From a virus, in the IMG/VR virus record IMGVR_UViG_3300025138_000015: 64,000 nt of DNA; one strand, given 5' to 3'. The notes under the pieces are model-generated. The model made no database searches, had not been told where the DNA came from, and saw nothing but the letters and a program-made list of their open reading frames with translations. This document shows positions 47,416 to 56,566 of the stretch, piece after piece; position 1 is the first letter of the stretch, and each line of letters opens with the position of its first letter. Position numbers and translations under genes: made by a program.

Positions 47416-48363
47416 TTATCTCGCCTCGAAGTTTGGCATGAAGCTATTGAAGCCGCCACCGTCACCGCCGCCGCCGAACGGTTGGTAATATGGATATGGT
47501 GCCAGATATAAGAATGGATATGTAAACGGATTCTGAGCATTACCTGAGAATGGTTGTTGTCCATTCGCAATGTACGGTTGTCTTGCATTCGCAATGTACG
47601 GTTGTCTTGCATTCGCAATATAAGGCACACGATATGTAAATGGATTTCTGTATGTAAATGGTTGTCTAGCATTAGCAATATAAGGAACACGATATGTAAA
47701 CGGATTCCTATATGTAAATGGACTTCTAGCATTTGCAATATAAGGCACCTGATAACCTACAGGATTTCTGTATGTAAATGGAGACCTTGCTTGATATGTA
47801 AATGGACTCTGACCGCTTACAGGATTTCTATATGTAAATGGACTTCTATTAGCATATGTAAATGGTTGCTGAGCATTTACAGGATTTCTGTATGTAAACG
47901 GAGACCTATTACTATATGTAAATGGATTTTGACTACTAGACGGATTTCTATATGTGAATGGTTGTCTATTCTGATATGTAAACGGTGTTTGACTATTCGC
48001 AATATACGGAGTCTGACTGTTCGCTATATAAGGATAAGGTTGTTGTGCATTCGCAATATAGGGTTGACCACCATTAGCAATATACGGATACGGTTGTTGT
48101 GCATTCGCAATATATGGGGTCTGACTGTTTGCAATGTATGGGTAAGGTTGTTGTGCATTCGCAATGTATGGTTGTTGACCATTTGCAATATACGGATAGG
48201 GTGCTTGAACTATTGCCTGACCTGATGCATTATTCCAACCTGATGGAGTTTTTACATAAATCTGGTCAACATCTTTCCAAGTTGTTGAACTTGTCTTAAC
48301 CCATGCCCCTCTGGTTGAATTCCATCCAGCTGGGGTTTTAACCTTTTGATTACCTGTTACCAT
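47416..48363 (-). CDS. Q/N/P/Y/R-rich repeat protein A1 with N-terminal VKT..GW fibre-type motifs
   Basis: QPY(PY)IANAQ and SPFTYRNP units; Gly-rich end; AAGGTG SD. Confidence 0.8.
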   Translation of the reverse strand: MVTGNQKVKTPAGWNSTRGAWVKTSSTTWKDVDQIYVKTPSGWNNASGQAIVQAPYPYIANGQQPYIANAQQPYPYIANSQTPYIANAQQPYPYIANGGQPYIANAQQPYPYIANSQTPYIANSQTPFTYQNRQPFTYRNPSSSQNPFTYSNRSPFTYRNPVNAQQPFTYANRSPFTYRNPVSGQSPFTYQARSPFTYRNPVGYQVPYIANARSPFTYRNPFTYRVPYIANARQPFTYRNPFTYRVPYIANARQPYIANARQPYIANGQQPFSGNAQNPFTYPFLYLAPYPYYQPFGGGGDGGGFNSFMPNFEAR

Positions 48364-48381
48364 TTATTTCACCTTACTCGA

Positions 48382-50445
48382 TTAAGAGTAGTAAATCCAT
48401 AAGTCACCAACTGCACCATCTGAACCAGAAGGAGTTGAAGTTGACTGATATATATTTCTTGCTGTACCGCCACTATTTGTGGCATTCGTTATTGTTATTG
48501 CACCTGATGCTACTGTACCTAATGATACATTTGAACCACTCTCATATTTAGTATTCAATGCAGTTTGTAATCCGTCAACATTTGCAATTGTATGATTATG
48601 TGAATCATCAGCAACTGTTGCTGTTATTGATATGTTTGCACTTCCATTAAAACTTGCAGAACCCGATAGGTCTCCACCAAGTGATATTGTTCTTGCTGTC
48701 TCTAAGACTGTTGCTGAACCAGCATTTCCTGAAACTGTTCCAGTGACATTACCAGTTAGATTACCTTCGAATGTTGATGCAACAAAAGTTTCTGAACCTA
48801 CTGTCCATTTGTCATTTGTTTCATCCCAAACAAGAGTCTTAGCTGCAGAACCACCTCTAGTGACACTTATTCCTGAATCTTGTGTTGGTGAACCTGAAGT
48901 GAAGTCTGAGTTCAATGCAATAATGTTATCTGCAAGATTGATTGTTTCTGAATTAACTGTTGTAGTTGTTCCTGATACTGTTAAGTTACCTGAAACGGTT
49001 AGTGAATCACTAACTGCAACAACACCTGTTCCGTTTGCACTCAATGTTAGGTTAGTATCTGTACTTCTGGATTCGATTGAATCTACATCAATTGCGTTTG
49101 AGAATGATATTGCATTTCCGTCTGATGATGATACATTCTTACCTGCAGTAATTTGTACCGCACCTTTTAATTGAATTGCACCAGTTCCAGTAGGATTAAG
49201 TTCTACATCACCTGAACCACTTGTTTGAACTGATACATTTTGGTTTGCATCAGCAGAAACAGTAATTGTACCTGAATTATCAGATACTACTTGTTGTCCG
49301 TTAACATATAAAGACCCAGGTCCAACATAGATATCTCTCCATTGTTTCGAAGAAGAACCTAAGTCGTATGTGACATCGGCATTCGGTATGATATGACCTG
49401 ATAAATTACCACCACCTAGGAATGATTGAACTTGTGAGTCACCATAATCGTTAGAAAGTGTTAATGTACCCGCTGCATCGTCATATGTAGAAGTGATGTT
49501 TGTTCCACCAACTACTAAACCATTTACGATATCTTCTATTTCTTCTTCTGTTTTACCTGAAGATGCAATTGTTAAAGTTCCCGCTGCGTCATCATATGTT
49601 GTTGATATGTTTGTTCCTGCAACTAATAATGCATTAACTCTGTCGTCAACTCTTTCGTTTGTAAAGTAGAGGTTTGTATTTTCTGTTAGGTTTGCAGTTG
49701 TTGAACTAGACTCATCTAGTAATTTTTTCCATGCACCAGCATGAGCAAAATAACCTGCTCCAGTTCCGTGAACATGAGCAAACATACCATGGTATGTACT
49801 TGCACTAGGTAAGTCACTTTCTGCAGAGTATACATTTGAGTACATCATCTTACCTGTTGTAGTAATATTGAATGCTTGTGCATCTAAGTTACCACCAAGT
49901 TGTGGTGTTGTATCTTCAACTACATTATTGATTGAAACTGCTTCTGCTCTTGCATCTGTAAAGTAAAGGTTAGATGAACCTTCATTGACATCGTCTGTAT
50001 TACCTGAAAGTTCTGATAATGCGTCTTTACTTGCTACTTGTGAATCAACATATGCTTTAATAGACTGCTGTGATGCAGCGTGAGTTGCACTGCCTGAGGA
50101 CATATCATCTTCGTCTTTAAGGTCGATTGCAATGTCATTTGCATTTACAGTCATACCTGTTCCAGCACCGACTGCTAATGTTGCATCACCGGATGATGCA
50201 TCACCAGTAAGACCAGCACCTGCAATGATACCTGTGATATCACCTTGTTGTCCTGATACTGTTAATGTTCCATTGGCATCATCATATGTTAATGTGATTC
50301 CTGTTCCTGCTGTTAATAGAGAATTAACTCTATCGTCAATTGATTCTACAATTGCTGTACCTGTTAAAGCACCAGCACTAGTTATAACCTCTACTCCGCC
50401 TACAGATAGACCATTCTTAATATTAAAGTTCTTTTCACCTGCCAT
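48382..50445 (-). CDS. Tail fibre protein
   Basis: Three DDRVN...TYDDA.GTLT repeats, YDLGSSSKQWRDIY, C-terminal GDLWI. Confidence 0.8.
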   Translation of the reverse strand: MAGEKNFNIKNGLSVGGVEVITSAGALTGTAIVESIDDRVNSLLTAGTGITLTYDDANGTLTVSGQQGDITGIIAGAGLTGDASSGDATLAVGAGTGMTVNANDIAIDLKDEDDMSSGSATHAASQQSIKAYVDSQVASKDALSELSGNTDDVNEGSSNLYFTDARAEAVSINNVVEDTTPQLGGNLDAQAFNITTTGKMMYSNVYSAESDLPSASTYHGMFAHVHGTGAGYFAHAGAWKKLLDESSSTTANLTENTNLYFTNERVDDRVNALLVAGTNISTTYDDAAGTLTIASSGKTEEEIEDIVNGLVVGGTNITSTYDDAAGTLTLSNDYGDSQVQSFLGGGNLSGHIIPNADVTYDLGSSSKQWRDIYVGPGSLYVNGQQVVSDNSGTITVSADANQNVSVQTSGSGDVELNPTGTGAIQLKGAVQITAGKNVSSSDGNAISFSNAIDVDSIESRSTDTNLTLSANGTGVVAVSDSLTVSGNLTVSGTTTTVNSETINLADNIIALNSDFTSGSPTQDSGISVTRGGSAAKTLVWDETNDKWTVGSETFVASTFEGNLTGNVTGTVSGNAGSATVLETARTISLGGDLSGSASFNGSANISITATVADDSHNHTIANVDGLQTALNTKYESGSNVSLGTVASGAITITNATNSGGTARNIYQSTSTPSGSDGAVGDLWIYYS

Positions 50446-50705
50446 TAGAATGACCCTCCGTTAACACCTGGTAAACTGAGTTCACCATTCGATGAGTTAT
50501 AACTTAGATTTGTTTCGCCTGATGCAAGTGAAATAGCTGTTCTAGCTCTTGCATTAGTAAAGTATTGATTCGTTGAACCTTCTGAAAGATTATCCGTATC
50601 TAATTCTGAAATCGCTGATGCGACAAGTTTTCCAGATGATGAAATAATTTCAGTGGTACCGACGGTAATCCCATACTCTACTACAAATGTGTTTTGTGTT
50701 GCCAT
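50445..50705 (-). CDS. Small fibre-associated virion protein
   Basis: EGSTNQYFTNARA shared with adjacent fibre; NGGSF end; late promoter 50745-50752. Confidence 0.65.
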   Translation of the reverse strand: MATQNTFVVEYGITVGTTEIISSSGKLVASAISELDTDNLSEGSTNQYFTNARARTAISLASGETNLSYNSSNGELSLPGVNGGSF

Positions 50706-50808
50706 ATTCGTTTGTCCTAGTCTAAGAATGTATTATTATACAGATATTTATAAGAAGTGAGTCCTCTCGGCACATACTTTTTTTAGATATCTACAATTTA
50801 TTTTTAGT

Positions 50809-51105
50809 CTATCCTGATTGATTTGCTTCGTTCCATGCTTTCTTAGCATTCTTTACTGTTGTTGTCCATACTGCTGTTGCTATGCCTTGAACTTCTGCGC
50901 TTTCACTTGATACATCTGTATCAGTATGTGTCCAAGTATTGTCCTCGTTCTTTGCAGAGGATACGCAATCTAATATGTTTCTATGAAAAGACCTATTTAT
51001 CTCTACACCATCTTCTTTGATAATTGTAGCAGTACGAATTTGTATATTTTTATATTCTCCGACAATTTCTATTTTGTCTTCTATTAATTCTTTTGTTAAT
51101 GCCAT
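50809..51105 (-). CDS. Small protein typically following marine phage fibre genes
   Basis: DKIEIVG..K.IQIR.AT...DG.E..RSFHR. Confidence 0.65.
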   Translation of the reverse strand: MALTKELIEDKIEIVGEYKNIQIRTATIIKEDGVEINRSFHRNILDCVSSAKNEDNTWTHTDTDVSSESAEVQGIATAVWTTTVKNAKKAWNEANQSG

Positions 51106-51148
51106 TTTATTTTTCCTTCTCCGTGCCTATCTCCGATAGACATAATTG

Positions 51149-52831
51149 TTATGTTGTTGTATAATGTCCATGTATGTTTAGTTCAATTGATGTAGAGTCC
51201 ATTGTATTATAAGTCCAATACGCTGTAGTTCCGCTGTTCAAGTAGACTCCTTGTAGACTAGTGCCATTTGTTCTAAAATGTGCTTTACCAATAGCTAATC
51301 CACCTAAATTTACACAATCTCCACCTATCGTTATAATTGCTCTTTGATTCGAATCACTTGCATCTAAAGATGTAAAGGGTAATCCACTAATATTCCAGTT
51401 TGAGCCAGGTAATGAAGCTAATGTTACAGCTATTTTTGCGTGTATATGACATATATTACCAATCTTTGTATATATACCGTACATTGTTGATGAGTTTGTT
51501 GTTACATTCTGAAGAACAGGAGTCCAAGTGCCTTCTTCGTAATCGTCAAGTGCATTAGCTGCTGCTGTATCTCCATTAAATGTAATACCACCACTTGTAA
51601 GGATTCTCATTTTTTCTGAATTATTTACAAAGAACTGCATATAGTTAGTATTGTGCTGATAGCTTATTCTTCCATGAGCAGTCGTACCATCTGAATGATT
51701 AAAAGCTAAATTGCCTTGATGTGTTGAACCTGATTGAATAGTAATACCATCATTTGCATCTCCATCACCTACTACTAATTTTTGGCCAAAAGCATATCCT
51801 GTTTGAGATGTTTGCCCTATAAGTACATCTCCATCTGCAAGAATACGCATTCTTTCTGTATTTCCACCAGCAAAGAACAGTAAATCAGCTTTATTTAAAG
51901 CTGTTCCATACCCTGCTATTCCTGCACCTTCTGTAGAAGTACCTGCAGTAAAATTAATTTTTGCACCATCTCCTACTGTAGTATTAGCATTTTTAAGACG
52001 AAGTCCAACTATAGAACCAGCACCATTTGATTCAACATGAAGTTTTGCAGTTGGTGATGCAGTGCCGATGCCAACTTCTGCAGAGTTGTTCACATGAATA
52101 ACATTTGTATCATCTTCTGATTGAATGATTGTAGTCGAACCACTTGTGACAATTCCGTCTGCACTTCCAGTTTTTACCCAAGTGTTGTTGTTAGTTGTTG
52201 CATTAGTACAAACATATACATCACCAGTGTCCTCTTCTATCCATATAGCACCTGCATATGGTGGATTGGTAGTTGCATTTGGTGTCGAACTTGATATAGT
52301 ACAATCTGATAATGAGTCTAAAGTTGCACTACCGAATGATAATGTACCACTTCCGTTTGTTTTAATTACTTGACCACTTGTACCATCTGATGTTGGGAAA
52401 ACAATCGAAGCACCTGTGATACTATTAGTTGCAGTGATAGTTGTTGCAGTTAAATCTCCTACGAGTATATCTGCAAGTGCATATCCTGTTCCTGTTATAT
52501 TAACAGTCGAACCAGGTTCTACTTCAAGACCATCAAATAATTTCCATGTGGAATCTGTTGCATCTCTGAATAGACCTGTAAATTCTGTAGCACCACTATC
52601 TGATAATCCGTCATCATAATTACCATAGAACCCAATGTCTAGTGTATCTGAACTTGTATTACCGTTTGCAAGTTCTAACATTGAATCAGCTACTGAAGTT
52701 ATTGAAGAATTAACTGTTACCGATGTACCGTTAACTGTTAAATTACCTGTAATGGTTGCATTACCATCAACTTGCAAATTACTTGCTGATTCTAATCCTA
52801 GGTCTGCATAAAATTGTGATTTTGTTGCCAT
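51149..52831 (-). CDS. Tail fibre protein
   Basis: VGIGTASPTAKLHV, ERMRI repeats, ALDDYEEGTWTP, YTKIGN; late promoter 52854-52861. Confidence 0.85.
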   Translation of the reverse strand: MATKSQFYADLGLESASNLQVDGNATITGNLTVNGTSVTVNSSITSVADSMLELANGNTSSDTLDIGFYGNYDDGLSDSGATEFTGLFRDATDSTWKLFDGLEVEPGSTVNITGTGYALADILVGDLTATTITATNSITGASIVFPTSDGTSGQVIKTNGSGTLSFGSATLDSLSDCTISSSTPNATTNPPYAGAIWIEEDTGDVYVCTNATTNNNTWVKTGSADGIVTSGSTTIIQSEDDTNVIHVNNSAEVGIGTASPTAKLHVESNGAGSIVGLRLKNANTTVGDGAKINFTAGTSTEGAGIAGYGTALNKADLLFFAGGNTERMRILADGDVLIGQTSQTGYAFGQKLVVGDGDANDGITIQSGSTHQGNLAFNHSDGTTAHGRISYQHNTNYMQFFVNNSEKMRILTSGGITFNGDTAAANALDDYEEGTWTPVLQNVTTNSSTMYGIYTKIGNICHIHAKIAVTLASLPGSNWNISGLPFTSLDASDSNQRAIITIGGDCVNLGGLAIGKAHFRTNGTSLQGVYLNSGTTAYWTYNTMDSTSIELNIHGHYTTT

Positions 52832-52880
52832 AAAAGAATCTCTTGTGTTATACTATTTATAACATTTGGGAAGTGGGAAT

Positions 52881-52909
52881 AAAAAAAAGGGGAACCGAAG
52901 TTCCCCTTT
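52881..52909 (-). terminator. Rho-independent terminator with UUCG loop
   Basis: AAAGGGGAAC-TTCG-GTTCCCCTTTTTTTT. Confidence 0.92.
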
Positions 52910-52929
52910 CCGTATAATATAAAGAAGTC

Positions 52930-53340
52930 TTACGCTGAAACTAATACTCTATGAATATTAATTACTGTAGAACTGCTTGACGCTGGAGTTATCCTTAATC
53001 TTGCATCTGTTCCAGAAATATCTGAATCAAATGATGCCAAATTGGCAGATTTAAGTGTACCATACTGTGTCATCGTCACATTACTTCCGTCATGTACCAA
53101 TACTATCTCTGTGGAATGGAAATCCGAACCACTTGACATTGCTACAATGTATCTCGCTGCTCTATAAGAAGCATGAGCAAAGGTATCTAAATTTACCTCT
53201 GTAGTTGCAGTTGTTGTCAAAGAACTTGAAGTCCTATGTTTAGTATCTAGTTCTTTAGAAGTAGTGATAACATCAGCAGATGAATCATAAGAGAAGACTC
53301 TTATTAACTCTGCGATTTTAAATGCATTTGTTTTAGCCAT
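52930..53340 (-). CDS. Virion structural protein
   Basis: YRAARY...EIVLVHDG...QYG domain, also present at the C-terminus of 53351-54178. Confidence 0.7.
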   Translation of the reverse strand: MAKTNAFKIAELIRVFSYDSSADVITTSKELDTKHRTSSSLTTTATTEVNLDTFAHASYRAARYIVAMSSGSDFHSTEIVLVHDGSNVTMTQYGTLKSANLASFDSDISGTDARLRITPASSSSTVINIHRVLVSA

Positions 53341-53350
53341 TTTCTACTCC

Positions 53351-54178
53351 TTAACTATGTCTAATTTGGAAAGTATCCACTGTTGTGTTAGTGTTTGCAG
53401 GTGTAATGAGAAGTCTCATATTACCTGAGTTAACATCTGAACTCAAAGTGAAAAGTGAAGATGATGAAAAGACATCACCGTATTGTACAAAATATGCACT
53501 AGTACCATCATTTATCAATAGAACCTCAGCTGCGTGAGTTCCTGCTGATGCGTGAGTAGCATTAATTACATATTTAACCGCTTTATTCGCGACTGCGTTA
53601 GATGATAAGACCTGATTAGCAGTAGTTGCTGTCAATGCAGTAGCAGTAAAGAAACCTTCTACAAGGTTACTTGCCGCTGTGATTGCAACAACTTGAACAA
53701 CATCACCAGATAAGCCATTCTCAGCAAGTGTTATAACAGTCGAAGAGGTTGTAGTATAATCTGCACCACCTCCAACTAATTTAACACCGTTTATGAATAC
53801 CTGTTCTGAACCAGCTTGATAAACGAGAGAGTTTGAACTATCATCGTTTCCAGTGATTGATGTTGTAGTGCTTGATAATGTATATGTGAATATAACAATA
53901 CCACTACTAGGTTGGTCTGCCCAATCTAAAGCTCCTGAACCGTTAGTCTTTAAGACCTGATTCGAAGAACCATCATTAGTCGGGAATGAGAATGCGTCGT
54001 TAACAGTAAGAGTTGCTGGATTTGACCCAACTTCTACAACTGAAGCAGAACCATCGTTCTTTTCAGTATAGAATCTACCATGATAAGTGTTGACTGCTAA
54101 TTCACCTAGTGTTAAATCACTAGTTGCAGGCACACTGTTCTGAGTAGAACTTCTTTTAAATTGAATTACTGTTGCCAT
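53351..54178 (-). CDS. Fibre/virion structural protein
   Basis: IQFKRS...L..GELA N-domain; VFINGVKL; QYG domain. Confidence 0.7.
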   Translation of the reverse strand: MATVIQFKRSSTQNSVPATSDLTLGELAVNTYHGRFYTEKNDGSASVVEVGSNPATLTVNDAFSFPTNDGSSNQVLKTNGSGALDWADQPSSGIVIFTYTLSSTTTSITGNDDSSNSLVYQAGSEQVFINGVKLVGGGADYTTTSSTVITLAENGLSGDVVQVVAITAASNLVEGFFTATALTATTANQVLSSNAVANKAVKYVINATHASAGTHAAEVLLINDGTSAYFVQYGDVFSSSSLFTLSSDVNSGNMRLLITPANTNTTVDTFQIRHS

Positions 54179-54206
54179 CTGTATTCTCCGTTAGAATTAA
54201 GCGTTA

Positions 54207-55805
54207 TTAAAATGTTCCGCCATCTATAGCTGTGACTGTAACCGCACCACTAGATACTGTAAAGTTTGCAGAAGCAAAACTTGCAATACCTTTTGCTGAT
54301 GTAGTTGCGTCATTGATAGCTACATCTCCTGAACTTACAGTGAAGTAAGAACCTGAGAAACTTGCGATACCTTTATTGGAATCAGTTGCATCTTCTGCTG
54401 AAAGAGTGATAGCACCTGCACCATTACTGATGTCAAGTCCTTCTCCTGCAGTTAAAGTAGCAGCGTCAAATACTCCTGATGAAGTATCTCCAATTAATAA
54501 CTGACCATCTGTCGGAGCTGAACCTGCATAAGAGTCAATACTTCCACTTAGAGATGCGTTAGCAACTGTTAAGTTTCCGAATTTACCTGCCATAGCAGTT
54601 CCAGAGAATACTGATGAACTATCTGTTGCACTTGAAAGAGCAACAAAAGAACCGTCTGTATCATCCATACCAAAGAAACCAATTTTAGCACCACCGGAGT
54701 TGTACTTAAATTTGATACCTCTGTCTAGGTTATCGTCTGAACTATCTGAACCAAGTTCAAATACAGGGTCAGCGATATTTACTGTTGTCGAGTTTACTGT
54801 AGTTGTAGTACCATTAACTGTCAAGTTACCTGTGACTGTTAAGTTACCAGATGTTGTTAAAGTTGCAGTTGTAATATCGTCTGATATTAAGTTTCCTGAA
54901 ACTGTTAAGTTATTTGCAATTGTGACATCGTTAGGAAGACCAACTGTTATAGTTTGTCCACTTGCTGAAGTCTCAACTTCGTTTGCTGTACCTGTGACTG
55001 TTAATGATTGAGTGTCTAAATCAACTGTACCTGTTCCTGAAGAACCTGCAATGTTTAAGTCGTCATCTCTATCTAAACTATCTACATAGTCTTTAACAGC
55101 AGCTGAAGTAGGTATAGTAGTGTCGTTATCGTTTGAACCGATACCTTCTGCTTGTGTTACCCATAAAGCGTCTGCTAATTTATCTAAAGTCACTGCATCA
55201 TCAGCTATCATTGCTGTTTCAACTGCTGAGTTAGCAATTGTTAAAGCACCGTTTGCAGCTAATGTTGCATCTCCTGATACGCTAACATTGTCAAATGAAT
55301 CTGAACCGTCATGCACAAGAATTTGTGCTGAACTTGGTGAAGAAATATCTGAATCCGTTGCACCTGCTAATGTAGATGTTGTTGATAAGAATGATAAGTT
55401 TCCACTACCGTCAGTTGCAATTACTTGGTTAGCAGAACCGTCTGCTGTAGGTAAAGTAAAGGTTGTTGATGCGGCTAATGTATCGGCAGATTTTAATGCA
55501 ACGAAGTTCGTTCCATTATCACTGTCTTCCATTAGTTGAACACTAGCACCTGCTGTTGAACCATTACCAACTTTAAAGTTGGATGGTGTAGCAGAAGAAC
55601 CAGAAAGAATATCAGTATAATACTTACCACCAATCGCTTGGATTAGGGGTGTAGAGTTATCTGAGTCTACTGATTCAATGAATAGTTTCGCACCAGCACC
55701 TGAATTAGACCTATCCTGTACATACGCTAATTCACCTTCCGACAAATCTGAGATTGCTGGAGCTGAGACGCCTGTACTTCTTTTAATCTGAATTACTGTT
55801 GCCAT
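54207..55805 (-). CDS. Tail fibre protein
   Basis: IQIKRS...GELA N-domain, GNLTV repeats, DAT...KGIASF repeats, DGGTF end. Confidence 0.78.
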   Translation of the reverse strand: MATVIQIKRSTGVSAPAISDLSEGELAYVQDRSNSGAGAKLFIESVDSDNSTPLIQAIGGKYYTDILSGSSATPSNFKVGNGSTAGASVQLMEDSDNGTNFVALKSADTLAASTTFTLPTADGSANQVIATDGSGNLSFLSTTSTLAGATDSDISSPSSAQILVHDGSDSFDNVSVSGDATLAANGALTIANSAVETAMIADDAVTLDKLADALWVTQAEGIGSNDNDTTIPTSAAVKDYVDSLDRDDDLNIAGSSGTGTVDLDTQSLTVTGTANEVETSASGQTITVGLPNDVTIANNLTVSGNLISDDITTATLTTSGNLTVTGNLTVNGTTTTVNSTTVNIADPVFELGSDSSDDNLDRGIKFKYNSGGAKIGFFGMDDTDGSFVALSSATDSSSVFSGTAMAGKFGNLTVANASLSGSIDSYAGSAPTDGQLLIGDTSSGVFDAATLTAGEGLDISNGAGAITLSAEDATDSNKGIASFSGSYFTVSSGDVAINDATTSAKGIASFASANFTVSSGAVTVTAIDGGTF

Positions 55806-55841
55806 TTTTATTTTCCTATAAAAATTAAATTGTTATTGTTT

Positions 55842-55929
55842 GACCTGTCACTGTCGAGGTCGTGATTACATAATATATAAAAATTCTATCCTCTCACTAT
55901 GAGGGTCGATACCTTCACTGATTGGTATC
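55842..55929 (-). promoter_or_regulatory. Candidate structured 5' leader with three AGUGA-loop hairpins
   Basis: GATACC-aatcAGTGAa-GGTATC, CCTC-atAGTGA-GAGG, GACCT-cgacAGTGAc-AGGTC downstream of late promoter 55949-55956. Confidence 0.6.
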
Positions 55930-55959
55930 CTTGATTTGTTTGTATAAGTATTTATACAA

Positions 55960-56202
55960 TTAAAATGTTCCGCCGTCTATTGCAGTGGTTGTTGTCCATT
56001 TATCTGTAGATGCATCGTATGAAAGAAGTCCATCATCCGTTTCTGTTGCATTCACATCTGCAAGTTCATTGATTGACTTTGCAGATAAGTCTGCACTTCC
56101 ACCTGAACCAACTTGAACTTGTTTGGCACGAATGTTTCCTGTACCTCCGACTCTTCCTGAGATACCTGCAACTCTTGAAATTGTTCCTTTAATGTTCGAC
56201 AT
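55960..56202 (-). CDS. Small virion protein
   Basis: LADVN...DGLLSYD...W, DGGTF end. Confidence 0.65.
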   Translation of the reverse strand: MSNIKGTISRVAGISGRVGGTGNIRAKQVQVGSGGSADLSAKSINELADVNATETDDGLLSYDASTDKWTTTTAIDGGTF

Positions 56203-56204
56203 AA

Positions 56205-56540
56205 TTAACTCCGACTTACTCCTGGTGTCACTACTGCTTGTCCTTCAACGACTCTTGTGGTGACTCCACCAGGACTTGTAATATTTAAATCATATACATA
56301 TCGACCTGCTTCTAAAGAAGTGGTTTGAGTATCAGTTAAACTTAATGTGACTTGTCCATTCGATGCTGATATAGTACAATTGAATGCAACTGAGGTACTA
56401 GAAGAACTGTATGTTTTTCTTACCTGTGCAAGTGCAGAATATGAAGTCAAATCAAGGATATCTCCCGCTGCATCAGTCACATCTACTGTAATTGTGAAGT
56501 CGGTTCCTTGGTCAATATATAAATTTGCGATAATAGCCAT
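56205..56540 (-). CDS. Virion structural protein (BppU-like Ig fold)
   Basis: NLYIDQGTDF, DLTSY, GRYVYD, RVVEG; late promoter 56546-56553. Confidence 0.7.
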   Translation of the reverse strand: MAIIANLYIDQGTDFTITVDVTDAAGDILDLTSYSALAQVRKTYSSSSTSVAFNCTISASNGQVTLSLTDTQTTSLEAGRYVYDLNITSPGGVTTRVVEGQAVVTPGVSRS

Positions 56541-56566
56541 ATAACTATTTATACGAAAAAAGAACT

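Noticed and set aside
46606-48225. Periodic DNA repeats as a CRISPR array
   Set aside because: Units are in-frame coding repeats varying at synonymous sites, with no unique spacers and no cas genes
47554-48225. Long antisense ORFs with RLSCIRNI repeats (also 46834-47169, 56690-57310) and alternate-frame MQDN ORFs
   Set aside because: Shadows of the repetitive sense genes; no SD or promoter support
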